Positions 1 to 8,597 of a DNA stretch of 32,000 nucleotides are shown in pieces (position 1 is the first letter of the stretch; each line of letters opens with the position of its first letter). Below the pieces are notes generated by a model. The model searched no databases. It saw nothing but the letters and a program-made list of their open reading frames with translations, and was not told the DNA's origin. The position numbers and the translations under genes are program-made. This DNA is from Nitrosopumilus sp. (GTDB taxonomy: Archaea > Thermoproteota > Nitrososphaeria > Nitrososphaerales > Nitrosopumilaceae): NCBI GenBank assembly GCA_029864235.1, contig JAOTTW010000003.1, forward strand, positions 3,554-35,553, given 5' to 3'.

Positions 1-604
1 CTTCATATTTTTTAACATCTAAAATAGGAATTCCAGTATCAAATGAGCCTTCTTTTGTAGCTCGAGTAATCATAGAACTGACCACTGAATGCGGGTTTCG
101 AGCAATGTTAATAAAAATGGCATCTGGAAATATTTTTTTAATTGCATTTAATCTCATTATGTTTTGAGGTGCCTTGTTGAGAAATCTAGATTTTTTTTGT
201 CTAATAATTACTTCAGAAAGTATTTTTACTAAATTGATTTGTTTTTCTTTGGGAATGCTTTCAATAAATTTATTCCCGAAATATTGTCTCCAAAATGTTT
301 CACCCTCAATTGGGAATGATCCTGGAGGTAAATTGTCAAATCTTTCAGGGTTTAGATCGGCTCTACCAAAAACTGCTAAACGATGCTCATCCCTTGGAAT
401 TTTTTTATTCTGTTCAGTTAATCGTGAAAAATAATTTTTTAATTGTTCTTTTTCTTCTTTTGAGATCCATAACTTGAGATCATCTACACCAAACCATGCC
501 AATTCAGGATGAGCGCATAGGGTTTGATGTAATAATCCAGTTCCTGAGCGTGGAACTCCTATAATGAAAATTGGTTTGTCTATTTGATAATATTTGGAGT
601 CCAT
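1..604 (-). CDS. Sulfotransferase, stand-alone (N-terminal ~200 aa; C-terminus runs off the window)
   Basis: Absent from the ORF track because it is open at the window edge. My translation of the minus strand from ATG at 604-602 gives MDSKYYQIDKPIFIIGVPRSGTGLLHQTLCAHPELAWF...SRFLNKAPQNIMRLNAIKKIFPDAIFINIARNPHSVVSSM. It has a PAPS 5'-phosphosulfate loop (PRSGTG) and a 3'-phosphate motif (ARNPHSVVSS). It is collinear with the C-terminal half of 653..2350. Confidence 0.8.
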   Translation of the reverse strand, partial: MDSKYYQIDKPIFIIGVPRSGTGLLHQTLCAHPELAWFGVDDLKLWISKEEKEQLKNYFSRLTEQNKKIPRDEHRLAVFGRADLNPERFDNLPPGSFPIEGETFWRQYFGNKFIESIPKEKQINLVKILSEVIIRQKKSRFLNKAPQNIMRLNAIKKIFPDAIFINIARNPHSVVSSMITRATKEGSFDTGIPILDVKKYE

Positions 605-652
605 ATTAGATTCATCTTATATTAAAGAATATCAAGTCACTTAATTTTATTA

Positions 653-2350
653 TTATAATTTAAAGGGATACTTCATTTTATCTATAGAGTCTTGTACTAT
701 ATCAAAGATTTTTTGTTGATCTTCTTGGGTTAATTCAGTCTTCCATTTTTCAGTAGTATCCCGAATTTTTCTAGGCATCATTTGAGATATGGGTTCAGGA
801 ACCTTGAGTTCACAAAATTCCAATATGCTCTTTAAGCTCATTTCTGGTTTTGAAATAAAATCTTCATAAATTATGGTCATAAAATTTTCTGAATTTTGTT
901 GCTTTAAAAATTCTAAAGTATAATTAGTAATATCTTTGTACCCTTGTGCATAATACTTTATTAATTCATTATTTTTTAGGCTGTTTTGAAAATTTAATTT
1001 ATTCTCTTTAATCGCCCAGTCTATATTGAATTGACCTTCATTTTTTGTTCTTGTCAACATTGAAGATATAACAGAACGTGGATCTCGGGCAATGTTAATG
1101 AATTTTGCATCAGGAAAAATTTGTTTTATTGCAAATATTCTAACAGTATTTTGTGGTGCTTTATTCAAGAATCTGGATTTACCTTGGGTTAATAATATTT
1201 TATTAAGTATTTTTTTTAAATCTCTTTTTTTATCTGAAGAAATTTTGGATTCATAAAATTGGATGTAGCGTCTCCAGAAGGATTCAGCTTCAATAGGTAT
1301 CTTAGAAGTGCCTTCTAGAGGTTTTGCTTGGTTAAGGCCAAAAACAAATAATGAACCTTCTGTTCTAGGAATTTTTTCATTGTTCTCTTTCATTTTTAAA
1401 AATTTTTTGCAAAATTTTTCTTGTTCATCTAATGGAATTAAAAATTTAAGATCTTCATGAGAAAACCATGCAAGATCTGGATGCATAGACATTATTATGT
1501 TTAACATGGTAGTTCCAGATCTAGGAACACCAATGATAAAAATTGGTTTTTTAATTGATTCATAATTGTAAAATTCTTCTTGATTTTTTGGTCTTAGATT
1601 CTCATGTTTAAGAGAGTTTATTTTGTAAGATTTAACTAATTCATCATAGTGTGAGATAACTTCTTTGGGTTTTCCTATTTTTAAAATTTTACCCTTATCA
1701 ATTAGAATAACACGATCAGATAAATCTGAAATCATATTAATGCTATGAGTTGTATATACAATTGTTTTCTTTTGTTTTTTAAAATTCAGAAATACTTCAA
1801 AACTTTTTTCTTTAAAGACAGCATCACCTACTGCTAATACCTCATCAACTAAAAGAATGTCAGGATTGATTTGGATTGCTGTAGAAAATGCTAATCGAGA
1901 TCTCATTCCTGTAGAGTAATCTTTGAGTTTTAATTTACGAAATTTTTCAAGTTCTGCAAATTTTATTATACCATCAATTTTTTTCTTTATTTCATTTTTG
2001 GTAAGTCCTAAAAGGAGTCCATATATTAGGATATTTTCTTCTGCATCTAATTCTTTTTTAAATCCTGTTCCAATTTGCAGTAATGGTGCTAAATATCCAT
2101 TAATTACTACAGAGCCTGAATCAGGCTGATAAATGCCCGAAATAGTCCTCAGTAATGTTGTTTTACCACTTCCATTTAGTCCGATTATTCCTATTGTTTC
2201 ACCCTTTTCTATTGTAAGAGAGATATTATCAAGGGCTAAAATTTGATTTGAAGGTTTATTGGGCAGATGAGATTTTTTTGAAATGTTTTTGTTTTTATTT
2301 AGATCGAATTTCTTAGATACATTTGATAGTTGTATTGCAATAGAATTCAA
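653..2350 (-). CDS. Polysaccharide-export ABC transporter ATP-binding protein (Wzt/TagH-like) fused to a C-terminal sulfotransferase domain
   Basis: 565 aa. The N-terminal ~240 aa carry Walker A GLNGSGKTT, signature YSTGMRSRLAF (the YSxGM variant typical of Wzt/TagH), Walker B ILLVDE and an H-loop TTHS. Residues ~266-565 carry sulfotransferase motifs IIGVPRSGTT and INIARDPRSVISS. A 2-bp gap separates it from the upstream permease gene. Confidence 0.85.
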   Translation of the reverse strand: MNSIAIQLSNVSKKFDLNKNKNISKKSHLPNKPSNQILALDNISLTIEKGETIGIIGLNGSGKTTLLRTISGIYQPDSGSVVINGYLAPLLQIGTGFKKELDAEENILIYGLLLGLTKNEIKKKIDGIIKFAELEKFRKLKLKDYSTGMRSRLAFSTAIQINPDILLVDEVLAVGDAVFKEKSFEVFLNFKKQKKTIVYTTHSINMISDLSDRVILIDKGKILKIGKPKEVISHYDELVKSYKINSLKHENLRPKNQEEFYNYESIKKPIFIIGVPRSGTTMLNIIMSMHPDLAWFSHEDLKFLIPLDEQEKFCKKFLKMKENNEKIPRTEGSLFVFGLNQAKPLEGTSKIPIEAESFWRRYIQFYESKISSDKKRDLKKILNKILLTQGKSRFLNKAPQNTVRIFAIKQIFPDAKFINIARDPRSVISSMLTRTKNEGQFNIDWAIKENKLNFQNSLKNNELIKYYAQGYKDITNYTLEFLKQQNSENFMTIIYEDFISKPEMSLKSILEFCELKVPEPISQMMPRKIRDTTEKWKTELTQEDQQKIFDIVQDSIDKMKYPFKL

Positions 2351-2352
2351 CT

Positions 2353-3132
2353 TTATAGCTTCTCCACGATATTGTGTTCCAATTTTTTAAACATTATAAA
2401 TCCAATAAATAAAATTCCAAAGACAAAAATTGTCGTATAAAACCATTCTACTAATTCAGGAATTTGATTAAAAACTATAATTTTATGTGCCATTTCAACA
2501 ATCTGTCCAAAGGGGTTTATTTTTTGAATATCCAAAAGCATTCCTTCAACTTCGGTTGTATACCAAAAAATCGGAGATAGAAATAGTAAGGCATAAACGA
2601 AGATGGTCCAAAATTGCTTGAGATCTTTAATATATACATACAATATTGAGAGAATGTAATTCATTCCTAGTACAAGTAATAAAAATAATATTAACAGTAT
2701 AGGGAGATATAAAATATTCCAACCAGGGGTAAAATCAAAAACTGGCATTAATCCAAAAAGTACTCCTAGTTCAACAAATAATAAAATACAAGTTGTTGTT
2801 GTTGCAATAACTGGAAATAGTTCCTTTTTTATTTTAAGTGATTTTAAAAGAGAAGAATTTTCTTGTAAACTTCCAAGCCCTGTTGTGGTTCCTCTGGAAA
2901 ATAAATGGTAAAAGAGAACTCCAGTAATTAGATAAATTCCAAAATTTTCTTTTGGTATTTCCCTAATGCTAGAAAAAACAACAAACAATATCAGAAACAT
3001 TAGTAATGGTTCTAGTCCAGTCCAAACCAATCCAAGATAACTTCCTTTGAATCTGAGCTTAATATTCATCCATGAAAAATGAAGAATCAAAGAACGTTTA
3101 TCCAACAATTCAATCAATGGGAATTTAACCAA
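2353..3132 (-). CDS. ABC-2 type polysaccharide/teichoic-acid export permease (Wzm/TagG-like)
   Basis: 259 aa with about six hydrophobic spans. The size and profile match ABC-2 permeases, and it lies immediately upstream of the Wzt-like ATPase. Confidence 0.8.
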   Translation of the reverse strand: MVKFPLIELLDKRSLILHFSWMNIKLRFKGSYLGLVWTGLEPLLMFLILFVVFSSIREIPKENFGIYLITGVLFYHLFSRGTTTGLGSLQENSSLLKSLKIKKELFPVIATTTTCILLFVELGVLFGLMPVFDFTPGWNILYLPILLILFLLLVLGMNYILSILYVYIKDLKQFWTIFVYALLFLSPIFWYTTEVEGMLLDIQKINPFGQIVEMAHKIIVFNQIPELVEWFYTTIFVFGILFIGFIMFKKLEHNIVEKL

Positions 3133-3233
3133 ATCTGCTCTGAATTCCTTTGTAAAATATCATATTATATTTCTGATTGCTAAAATTAGGCTGAAAATAG
3201 ATGATTTATCAGAAAATATCTAAAAATTTAGTA

Positions 3234-4253
3234 TCATAGTTTCTTTTTTATAAAATCAATAGATTTGATAGGAGATGGGTCTATTTCAGATAGTACAGCA
3301 TTATAAATTGAGCAATAGTCTAAGAGATATATCAAATTGATAATTTTTGATAATATGCTTCCTTGAACTGACATAACTATTCTAAATTCAATTCCTTGTT
3401 TCTGAAAATATTCCTTTAAGATTTTCCACCTTTCTTTTGTTTTAATGTGGTCATCTTTACCTTCAATTAATATAGGTTGCAGATTTGAGCTTTGTTCCCA
3501 TGCAACTATTCCATTATGACATGATTCAACTACATCCTCTACCATGATGTGTCTTTTTGAGTTCTCTTGAATTGAGTTTTTGAATCTTATAGCTGCAGAT
3601 TGTAAACCCCAAGGATAATAGACCAACGGTATACCTGAAATCCATTTGGCCAAAGATAGTGAAGGGTTGTTTTCATTCAAGTTAGATGATGAAATTAATT
3701 TTTGAGTATTTTCTAATATCTTTATTGATTGTGTGACATCTTTTTTCTTTATTGGTATAACAGGCTCTAAGATCTTTATCATGGAGTAAAGGAATACAGG
3801 AAACGATGCACGTGGAGAATGATGCATTTCTATTTTACGAAATTCAATATTATTTTTATTACAAAAATCCTGGATTTTTCCACCACTACTAAAGGCAATA
3901 ATTTTGTATTTTGATTTTGCTGCAGATTTTAATACAGATAGAGTCTCAGCAGTATTTCCAGAGATGCTAGTAGTTATGATCAAAGTTTTTTCATCTATAG
4001 TATTTGGCAGATGATATCCTTTAACTATTGAAACATGAGTACTAGTTTGAGACATAAGAGAAGAAAATACATCTCCTAAAGATCCCGAGCCTCCCATTCC
4101 TGAAAAAACAATATTATTAATTTCAGAAAAATTAACAGGTTCTAGATTTGAATTATAAGAATCAAAGGCTATTGTAGGCCATTTATCATAAATTTCATAC
4201 ATGTTTTTTGTATCAAATTTTTTTAATGTGTCAAAATTAAACAAGTAATTCAA
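3234..4253 (-). CDS. Bifunctional phosphoglucose/phosphomannose isomerase (SIS-domain, archaeal PGI/PMI family)
   Basis: 339 aa. It has the SIS motif FSGMGGSGSLGD followed by TSISGNTAET, and its length is typical of crenarchaeal-type PGI/PMI. Confidence 0.75.
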   Translation of the reverse strand: MNYLFNFDTLKKFDTKNMYEIYDKWPTIAFDSYNSNLEPVNFSEINNIVFSGMGGSGSLGDVFSSLMSQTSTHVSIVKGYHLPNTIDEKTLIITTSISGNTAETLSVLKSAAKSKYKIIAFSSGGKIQDFCNKNNIEFRKIEMHHSPRASFPVFLYSMIKILEPVIPIKKKDVTQSIKILENTQKLISSSNLNENNPSLSLAKWISGIPLVYYPWGLQSAAIRFKNSIQENSKRHIMVEDVVESCHNGIVAWEQSSNLQPILIEGKDDHIKTKERWKILKEYFQKQGIEFRIVMSVQGSILSKIINLIYLLDYCSIYNAVLSEIDPSPIKSIDFIKKKL

Positions 4254-4268
4254 GTCAAAGAATTTTCC

Positions 4269-4276
4269 AATATAAT
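4269..4276 (+). promoter_or_regulatory. Putative TATA box (aatataat) for the GT4 gene; implies a leaderless or near-leaderless mRNA
   Basis: An A/T octamer is centred about 25 nt upstream of ATG 4296, the spacing expected for archaeal TATA-to-TSS. Confidence 0.4.
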
Positions 4277-4295
4277 GTTTTTAGATACCCGATAA

Positions 4296-5465
4296 ATGAG
4301 GTATTCTGTGAATGTTCTTCTTTTATCACAATTTTTTTCATCTACTAGAGGAGGTGGTGAATATCTATTTTACATAATAGCAGAGAGCCTAGCTAATAAT
4401 AATCACCAAGTATGGATTATCACAAATAAAATTGAAGATGAAAAATATGCTTTACATAAAAATATAAAAATAATTTTTGTACCACCAATTCTAAAATATC
4501 AAGGAGGATTACCTCCTTCAATTAGTGATAATATAAAATATCTATGGAATGGAATTCAAGCAGGAGTAAAAGTAGTAAAACAAAACAACATAGATATTAT
4601 TCATTCAAATAACTTTACACCAGCATTTGTTGGTAGTATTTTATCATTATTAACATCAAAAAAACATGTTACTTCAGTGTGGGATATTTTCACACTTTGT
4701 GGTTCTGATTATTGGAAAAGATGGACAGAGCAAACGGGAATATCTAAGATCAATCAATACATAGGTCCAATTTTTGAAAAATTATCTCTAAAAATCAAAT
4801 GTGATGCATTTCATACAATTAGTAATGCAAGTAAAAATGATTTGATAAAATTTGGTGCAAAAAAACCCATTTATGTAATTCCACCAACAATTAAAAAAAT
4901 TAAATTAATAGAAAATACATCCAATAATAAACAATTCATTTTCTTAGGAAGGTTAGTTTTTTATAAAAATATTGAAGTTTTGATCAAAGCAATCAAAATT
5001 GTAAAAATTCAAGATGATGAAATTAAATTATTTATTGTTGGAGGAGGGCCACAACTTGAAAGAATACAGAGCATTATAACAAATCATGGTCTTCAGAATA
5101 ACATTATTGTTAAAGGGTATGTAGATACAAAAGAAAAATTTGAACTTGTTTCACAATCAAATGCATTACTATTTCCAAGTGTATGCGAAGGATTTGGATT
5201 GGTGATTTTAGAAGCATTTTCTCAAAAAAAACCTGTGTTGGTTTCAAACATAGGACCAATGTCAGAGATTATAGAACATGAGAAAACGGGTTATGTTTTG
5301 GACTCAGATGATGAAAATATTTGGGCAGAACATATTATAAGATTAGCAAAAAATTTTGATGAATCAAAACAGATGGGTGAAAATGGCAATAAAGTACTAA
5401 AATCAAGGTATAATCTTGATGTTATGTATGAGAAATTAATTCAGATGTATAGTAATATTCTATGA
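4296..5465 (+). CDS. Glycosyltransferase, GT4 family (GT-B fold, retaining)
   Basis: 389 aa. The C-terminal half has the E-x7-E motif EGFGLVILEA followed by EHEKTGYV, typical of GT4 mannosyl/glucosyltransferases. Confidence 0.85.
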   Translation: MRYSVNVLLLSQFFSSTRGGGEYLFYIIAESLANNNHQVWIITNKIEDEKYALHKNIKIIFVPPILKYQGGLPPSISDNIKYLWNGIQAGVKVVKQNNIDIIHSNNFTPAFVGSILSLLTSKKHVTSVWDIFTLCGSDYWKRWTEQTGISKINQYIGPIFEKLSLKIKCDAFHTISNASKNDLIKFGAKKPIYVIPPTIKKIKLIENTSNNKQFIFLGRLVFYKNIEVLIKAIKIVKIQDDEIKLFIVGGGPQLERIQSIITNHGLQNNIIVKGYVDTKEKFELVSQSNALLFPSVCEGFGLVILEAFSQKKPVLVSNIGPMSEIIEHEKTGYVLDSDDENIWAEHIIRLAKNFDESKQMGENGNKVLKSRYNLDVMYEKLIQMYSNIL

Positions 5466-5566
5466 CATAAATTTTGTTTGGTATATTGATAATATGGATA
5501 TTTTAGGAATGGAATATAGCTCAAGATTTTCTTTAATTAAATATTTTACATAGAAAAAGAATCAAA

Positions 5567-5574
5567 GATATAAT
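5567..5574 (+). promoter_or_regulatory. Putative TATA box (gatataat) upstream of the polytopic membrane protein gene
   Basis: It is centred about 25 nt upstream of ATG 5595. The TTG at 5574 used by the ORF track lies inside this element. Confidence 0.35.
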
Positions 5575-5594
5575 TGAAAAATAATCATTCAAAC

Positions 5595-6800
5595 ATGTCA
5601 GATTCAAAATCTATTTCTTGGATTATTTTCTTGTTTTCTGTAACAATTGTATCGATTAGTTTTATTTCAGTTGTTTTTCCTGCACTAATTTTAGTTTCAA
5701 ACACAATAATTGTACCAGGAATTGAATCAGTTACTCCAGATCCCTACGAACCAGGAGTCTGGTCAGCAGGATTAATTATATCCAATATTATCATTTTTGG
5801 TTTAACATTTTTGTATTTTAAGAACAAACTTCCAAGATCAATATTGGATTTTTTTAAGAAATTATTTAAATTTGAGGTTTCGAAAAAAATAGCTTTTATT
5901 TGTATTACAATATTACTAATGATATACATTTCTGCAAGCATATCAGAATTATCAACTGAAGAAAAATTTGAAGACTATAACAATGTCAAAAATAGAGTAG
6001 AAGGATGGTCAGTAGATCAGGCTTTAGGATCATTTGAACCTCATGTAAGATATTTTCTAATTTCAACTTCGATGATGTTATTTGGAAATTTCAAAGTAAT
6101 TCCACTTCTAGCAAGCATTGTATTACTAATTATGATTTATTTTACTACAAAAACTATTGCTCAGAAAAGGTTTGCAGGAATTGTTTCGATGGTTATTGTA
6201 TTACAAAGTAATTTATTTCTGACATATGATACATCTGTTGCTTACACAAATTTTTGGATATTATTTTATCTTTTATCGTTATTTTTTGTTTTCAAGTTTT
6301 GGCCCTTATCACCTGTATCTTATCTTCTTTCAATTTCAGCAAAAGCACTTACAGTAACCTTTTTACCAATGTCAATATTTTTTATTCTAAGAAGTCAAAT
6401 TTCAAAAAAACAAAAAATACTTGCTGCAGGAATAACTGCTGCAATAATAATTGTGGGCGGAGTGGCAACGATGGGGAGCAATTTATCACCTACTACAGAA
6501 ACAGAAGAAGAGTTTAGTGTAAAAGAGTTTTGGATGGGTTTTACATCTTTTTCATATCAGCTAAGATTTGATGGGCTTGTAATTTTATTTATGATTCCAC
6601 TAATTGTAGGACTATTTTTATTGTCAAAAAGTGGAGTAAAAAATGCAGAATCAATTATGGTGTTAATTGCAGGAATGTTGTTGATTGCACCAATATTGAC
6701 AGGATTTACCAATCAAACAAATCAGCCATATAGATTTGTACCACTGATAGTATTTTTTGCAATGGGTGTTGGAGTATTGTTATCTAAGAGACAGGCCTGA
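5595..6800 (+). CDS. Polytopic integral membrane protein, possible GT-C-fold glycosyltransferase or glycan polymerase
   Basis: The ORF track gives 5574..6800 from a TTG. I prefer the in-frame ATG at 5595 (MSDSKSISW...). There are about 10-11 hydrophobic helices and an acidic first loop (TPDPYEPG). It lies next to GT4 in the glycan cluster. I recognise no catalytic motif with certainty. Confidence 0.55.
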   Translation: MSDSKSISWIIFLFSVTIVSISFISVVFPALILVSNTIIVPGIESVTPDPYEPGVWSAGLIISNIIIFGLTFLYFKNKLPRSILDFFKKLFKFEVSKKIAFICITILLMIYISASISELSTEEKFEDYNNVKNRVEGWSVDQALGSFEPHVRYFLISTSMMLFGNFKVIPLLASIVLLIMIYFTTKTIAQKRFAGIVSMVIVLQSNLFLTYDTSVAYTNFWILFYLLSLFFVFKFWPLSPVSYLLSISAKALTVTFLPMSIFFILRSQISKKQKILAAGITAAIIIVGGVATMGSNLSPTTETEEEFSVKEFWMGFTSFSYQLRFDGLVILFMIPLIVGLFLLSKSGVKNAESIMVLIAGMLLIAPILTGFTNQTNQPYRFVPLIVFFAMGVGVLLSKRQA

Positions 6801-7230
6801 TAAAGGTCCATATTGACTCCAAAGTATCACCTGAAATTGTAGTGTAACCATCATGAGCAAATCTTGCAAGAAGAATAGGCTTTCCATTGATATTATCGTG
6901 TAGATTAGTGCTTGCAACTAGTCCCTCAGAATCAAATGATTGAGTTTGTACCCTTCTTATTACCTGATATTGTTTTTCATCAATTGTTATTATGGGATCA
7001 TTTCCTCTAGATGCTTCAAAATCCAAAAATGAATCAAGTGCTGTGAGATTAAGATTGGTAAATTTAGATGATTCAAGATATGTTACTAGTTGACCATCAG
7101 AATTTCTCAAGCTAGTCTGCACAAAGATAAAGATATTATCTTTAATTTCAGTTTCAAAGGAACCAAAAGAACTACCCATTAGTGAGAAGATAGTAAGAAA
7201 AAAGATTCCAATAATTACAAATTTGTACAC
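6784..7230 (-). CDS. Hypothetical secreted or membrane-anchored protein
   Basis: 148 aa. It has an N-terminal hydrophobic signal/anchor (MYKFVIIGIFFLTIFSLMGSSFG) and no recognisable family. Confidence 0.55.
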   Translation of the reverse strand: MYKFVIIGIFFLTIFSLMGSSFGSFETEIKDNIFIFVQTSLRNSDGQLVTYLESSKFTNLNLTALDSFLDFEASRGNDPIITIDEKQYQVIRRVQTQSFDSEGLVASTNLHDNINGKPILLARFAHDGYTTISGDTLESIWTFIRPVS

Positions 7231-7256
7231 AATGTAATTACCAAAAAGTTCGATAT

Positions 7257-8597
7257 TTAATTTGCTGTTTTTATTGTCTCTTTTCCAAGCAGATGATTAT
7301 ACAAAGAGATAGCCTCTTCCTCATCTTTTGGTCCAACAATTACTGCAGAGCCTTTCTTCATGAAGGTAACTGACATTTCATTTGTTCTAAGAGATAGTCC
7401 CAACTCGCCTTGGTTTTCAACTAGAAATCCCTGTTGTTTTGCAGTGTTTGTAACACTGTTAACATCAAGATCAAAAGTACTAGTTGGAGTAATAGAGAAG
7501 GTCCTCTTTCCTCTGTTTCTACCACAGAGTTCTTCAAGAATTAATTCTTCTTTTAAAACTTCTTCGGCCTTACCTGTACCACACACAGGACATTCTTCTG
7601 CTCTAAATGTACGAGTGTTTGTAAAGTCTAGATTCTCAATGTCTATGTGTAAAATTTTATCTGACAAGCTTGGTTTTTTGCCTAAAATTACTTTAACTGC
7701 TTCTGCCACTTCAATTCCTCCAACTATAGATAAGATGGAAGGATGCACTCCCTCGATACTACAGGTAGGCATCAAGTCCTCATCTAGAGCTGGAAACATA
7801 CAATGATAGCATGCACTAGTTCTTGGGAGTATTGTAAATATCTGCCCAGAAACTCCTACTGCCGCACCTGTAACAAACGGTATTCCAAATTTTACACATG
7901 CCTTGTTTAGGGCATATCTTGCATTAACACTATCAAGTGCATCTATTACAATATCGCATCCTTCAACAACTTCAAGCGCAGTATAATCATTTACAGATAC
8001 TGCTAATGCCTCTATCTTACAGTCAGGATTTAATTTCTTTAATTTCTTTGCTGCAACTTCGACTTTTACTTGCCCAATATCATCCTCATCAAACATTGTT
8101 TGTCTATGCAAGTTTGATAATTCGATTACATCTCTGTCAACAATTCTTAAAGTACCAACACCCATTGCAGCTAGTCTTGTAGTAATTGGGTTTCCAAGAC
8201 CTCCAGTTCCAACAACACATATTTTAGCATTTTTTAATTTTAGTTGTCCTTGATAACCAATTTCTTCAAGCATTATTTGTCTTGAGTATCTGTCAAGTTC
8301 TTTTGCAGATAATTCCTGTGAACCTCCAGCAACTGCAGGTAGAATGTAGACTTCATCTCCGTTTTTAAGAGGAGTTTCCATACCACCTGAAAACTTTGCA
8401 TTTTTTCCATTAACGTAAATGTTAATTAAAGAACGTGGAGTTCCATCAGTCTCCAAGACTCTTCTCTTAAAGTCATCACCCATAGATTCAGATATTTTTG
8501 TAAAGGCATCTGTAAGTGAATCAGCTAAAATCTCTGTTTTCTTTTCTCCTCCACCTTGATTTAATACAGATGGAATGGTAAATGTGATTTTTGCCAT
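7257..8597 (-). CDS. Fusion of a MoaD/ThiS-like ubiquitin-fold sulfur-carrier domain with a ThiF/MoeB/UbaA-type E1 adenylyltransferase, plus an uncharacterised ~95-aa C-terminal domain
   Basis: 446 aa. Residues 1-92 match the MoaD/ThiS pattern (NIYVNGK...GGMETPLKNGDEVYILPAVAGG), with the diglycine at residues 91-92. The E1 domain begins directly afterwards (LSAKELDRYSRQIML, GTGGLG, DRDVIELSNLHRQ). It has Zn motifs CYHC and CPVCG and a candidate active-site Cys in PTCSIEG. The start abuts the stop of 8598..9836. Confidence 0.85.
   Translation of the reverse strand: MAKITFTIPSVLNQGGGEKKTEILADSLTDAFTKISESMGDDFKRRVLETDGTPRSLINIYVNGKNAKFSGGMETPLKNGDEVYILPAVAGGSQELSAKELDRYSRQIMLEEIGYQGQLKLKNAKICVVGTGGLGNPITTRLAAMGVGTLRIVDRDVIELSNLHRQTMFDEDDIGQVKVEVAAKKLKKLNPDCKIEALAVSVNDYTALEVVEGCDIVIDALDSVNARYALNKACVKFGIPFVTGAAVGVSGQIFTILPRTSACYHCMFPALDEDLMPTCSIEGVHPSILSIVGGIEVAEAVKVILGKKPSLSDKILHIDIENLDFTNTRTFRAEECPVCGTGKAEEVLKEELILEELCGRNRGKRTFSITPTSTFDLDVNSVTNTAKQQGFLVENQGELGLSLRTNEMSVTFMKKGSAVIVGPKDEEEAISLYNHLLGKETIKTAN

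Noticed and set aside
174-477. Two plus-strand ORFs from the track (174..434, 295..477)
   Set aside because: They lie antisense to a much better minus-strand reading frame, the sulfotransferase 1-604 with PRSGTG and RNPHSVVSS motifs. Their translations are low-complexity and hydrophobic, typical of shadow ORFs in AT-rich DNA.
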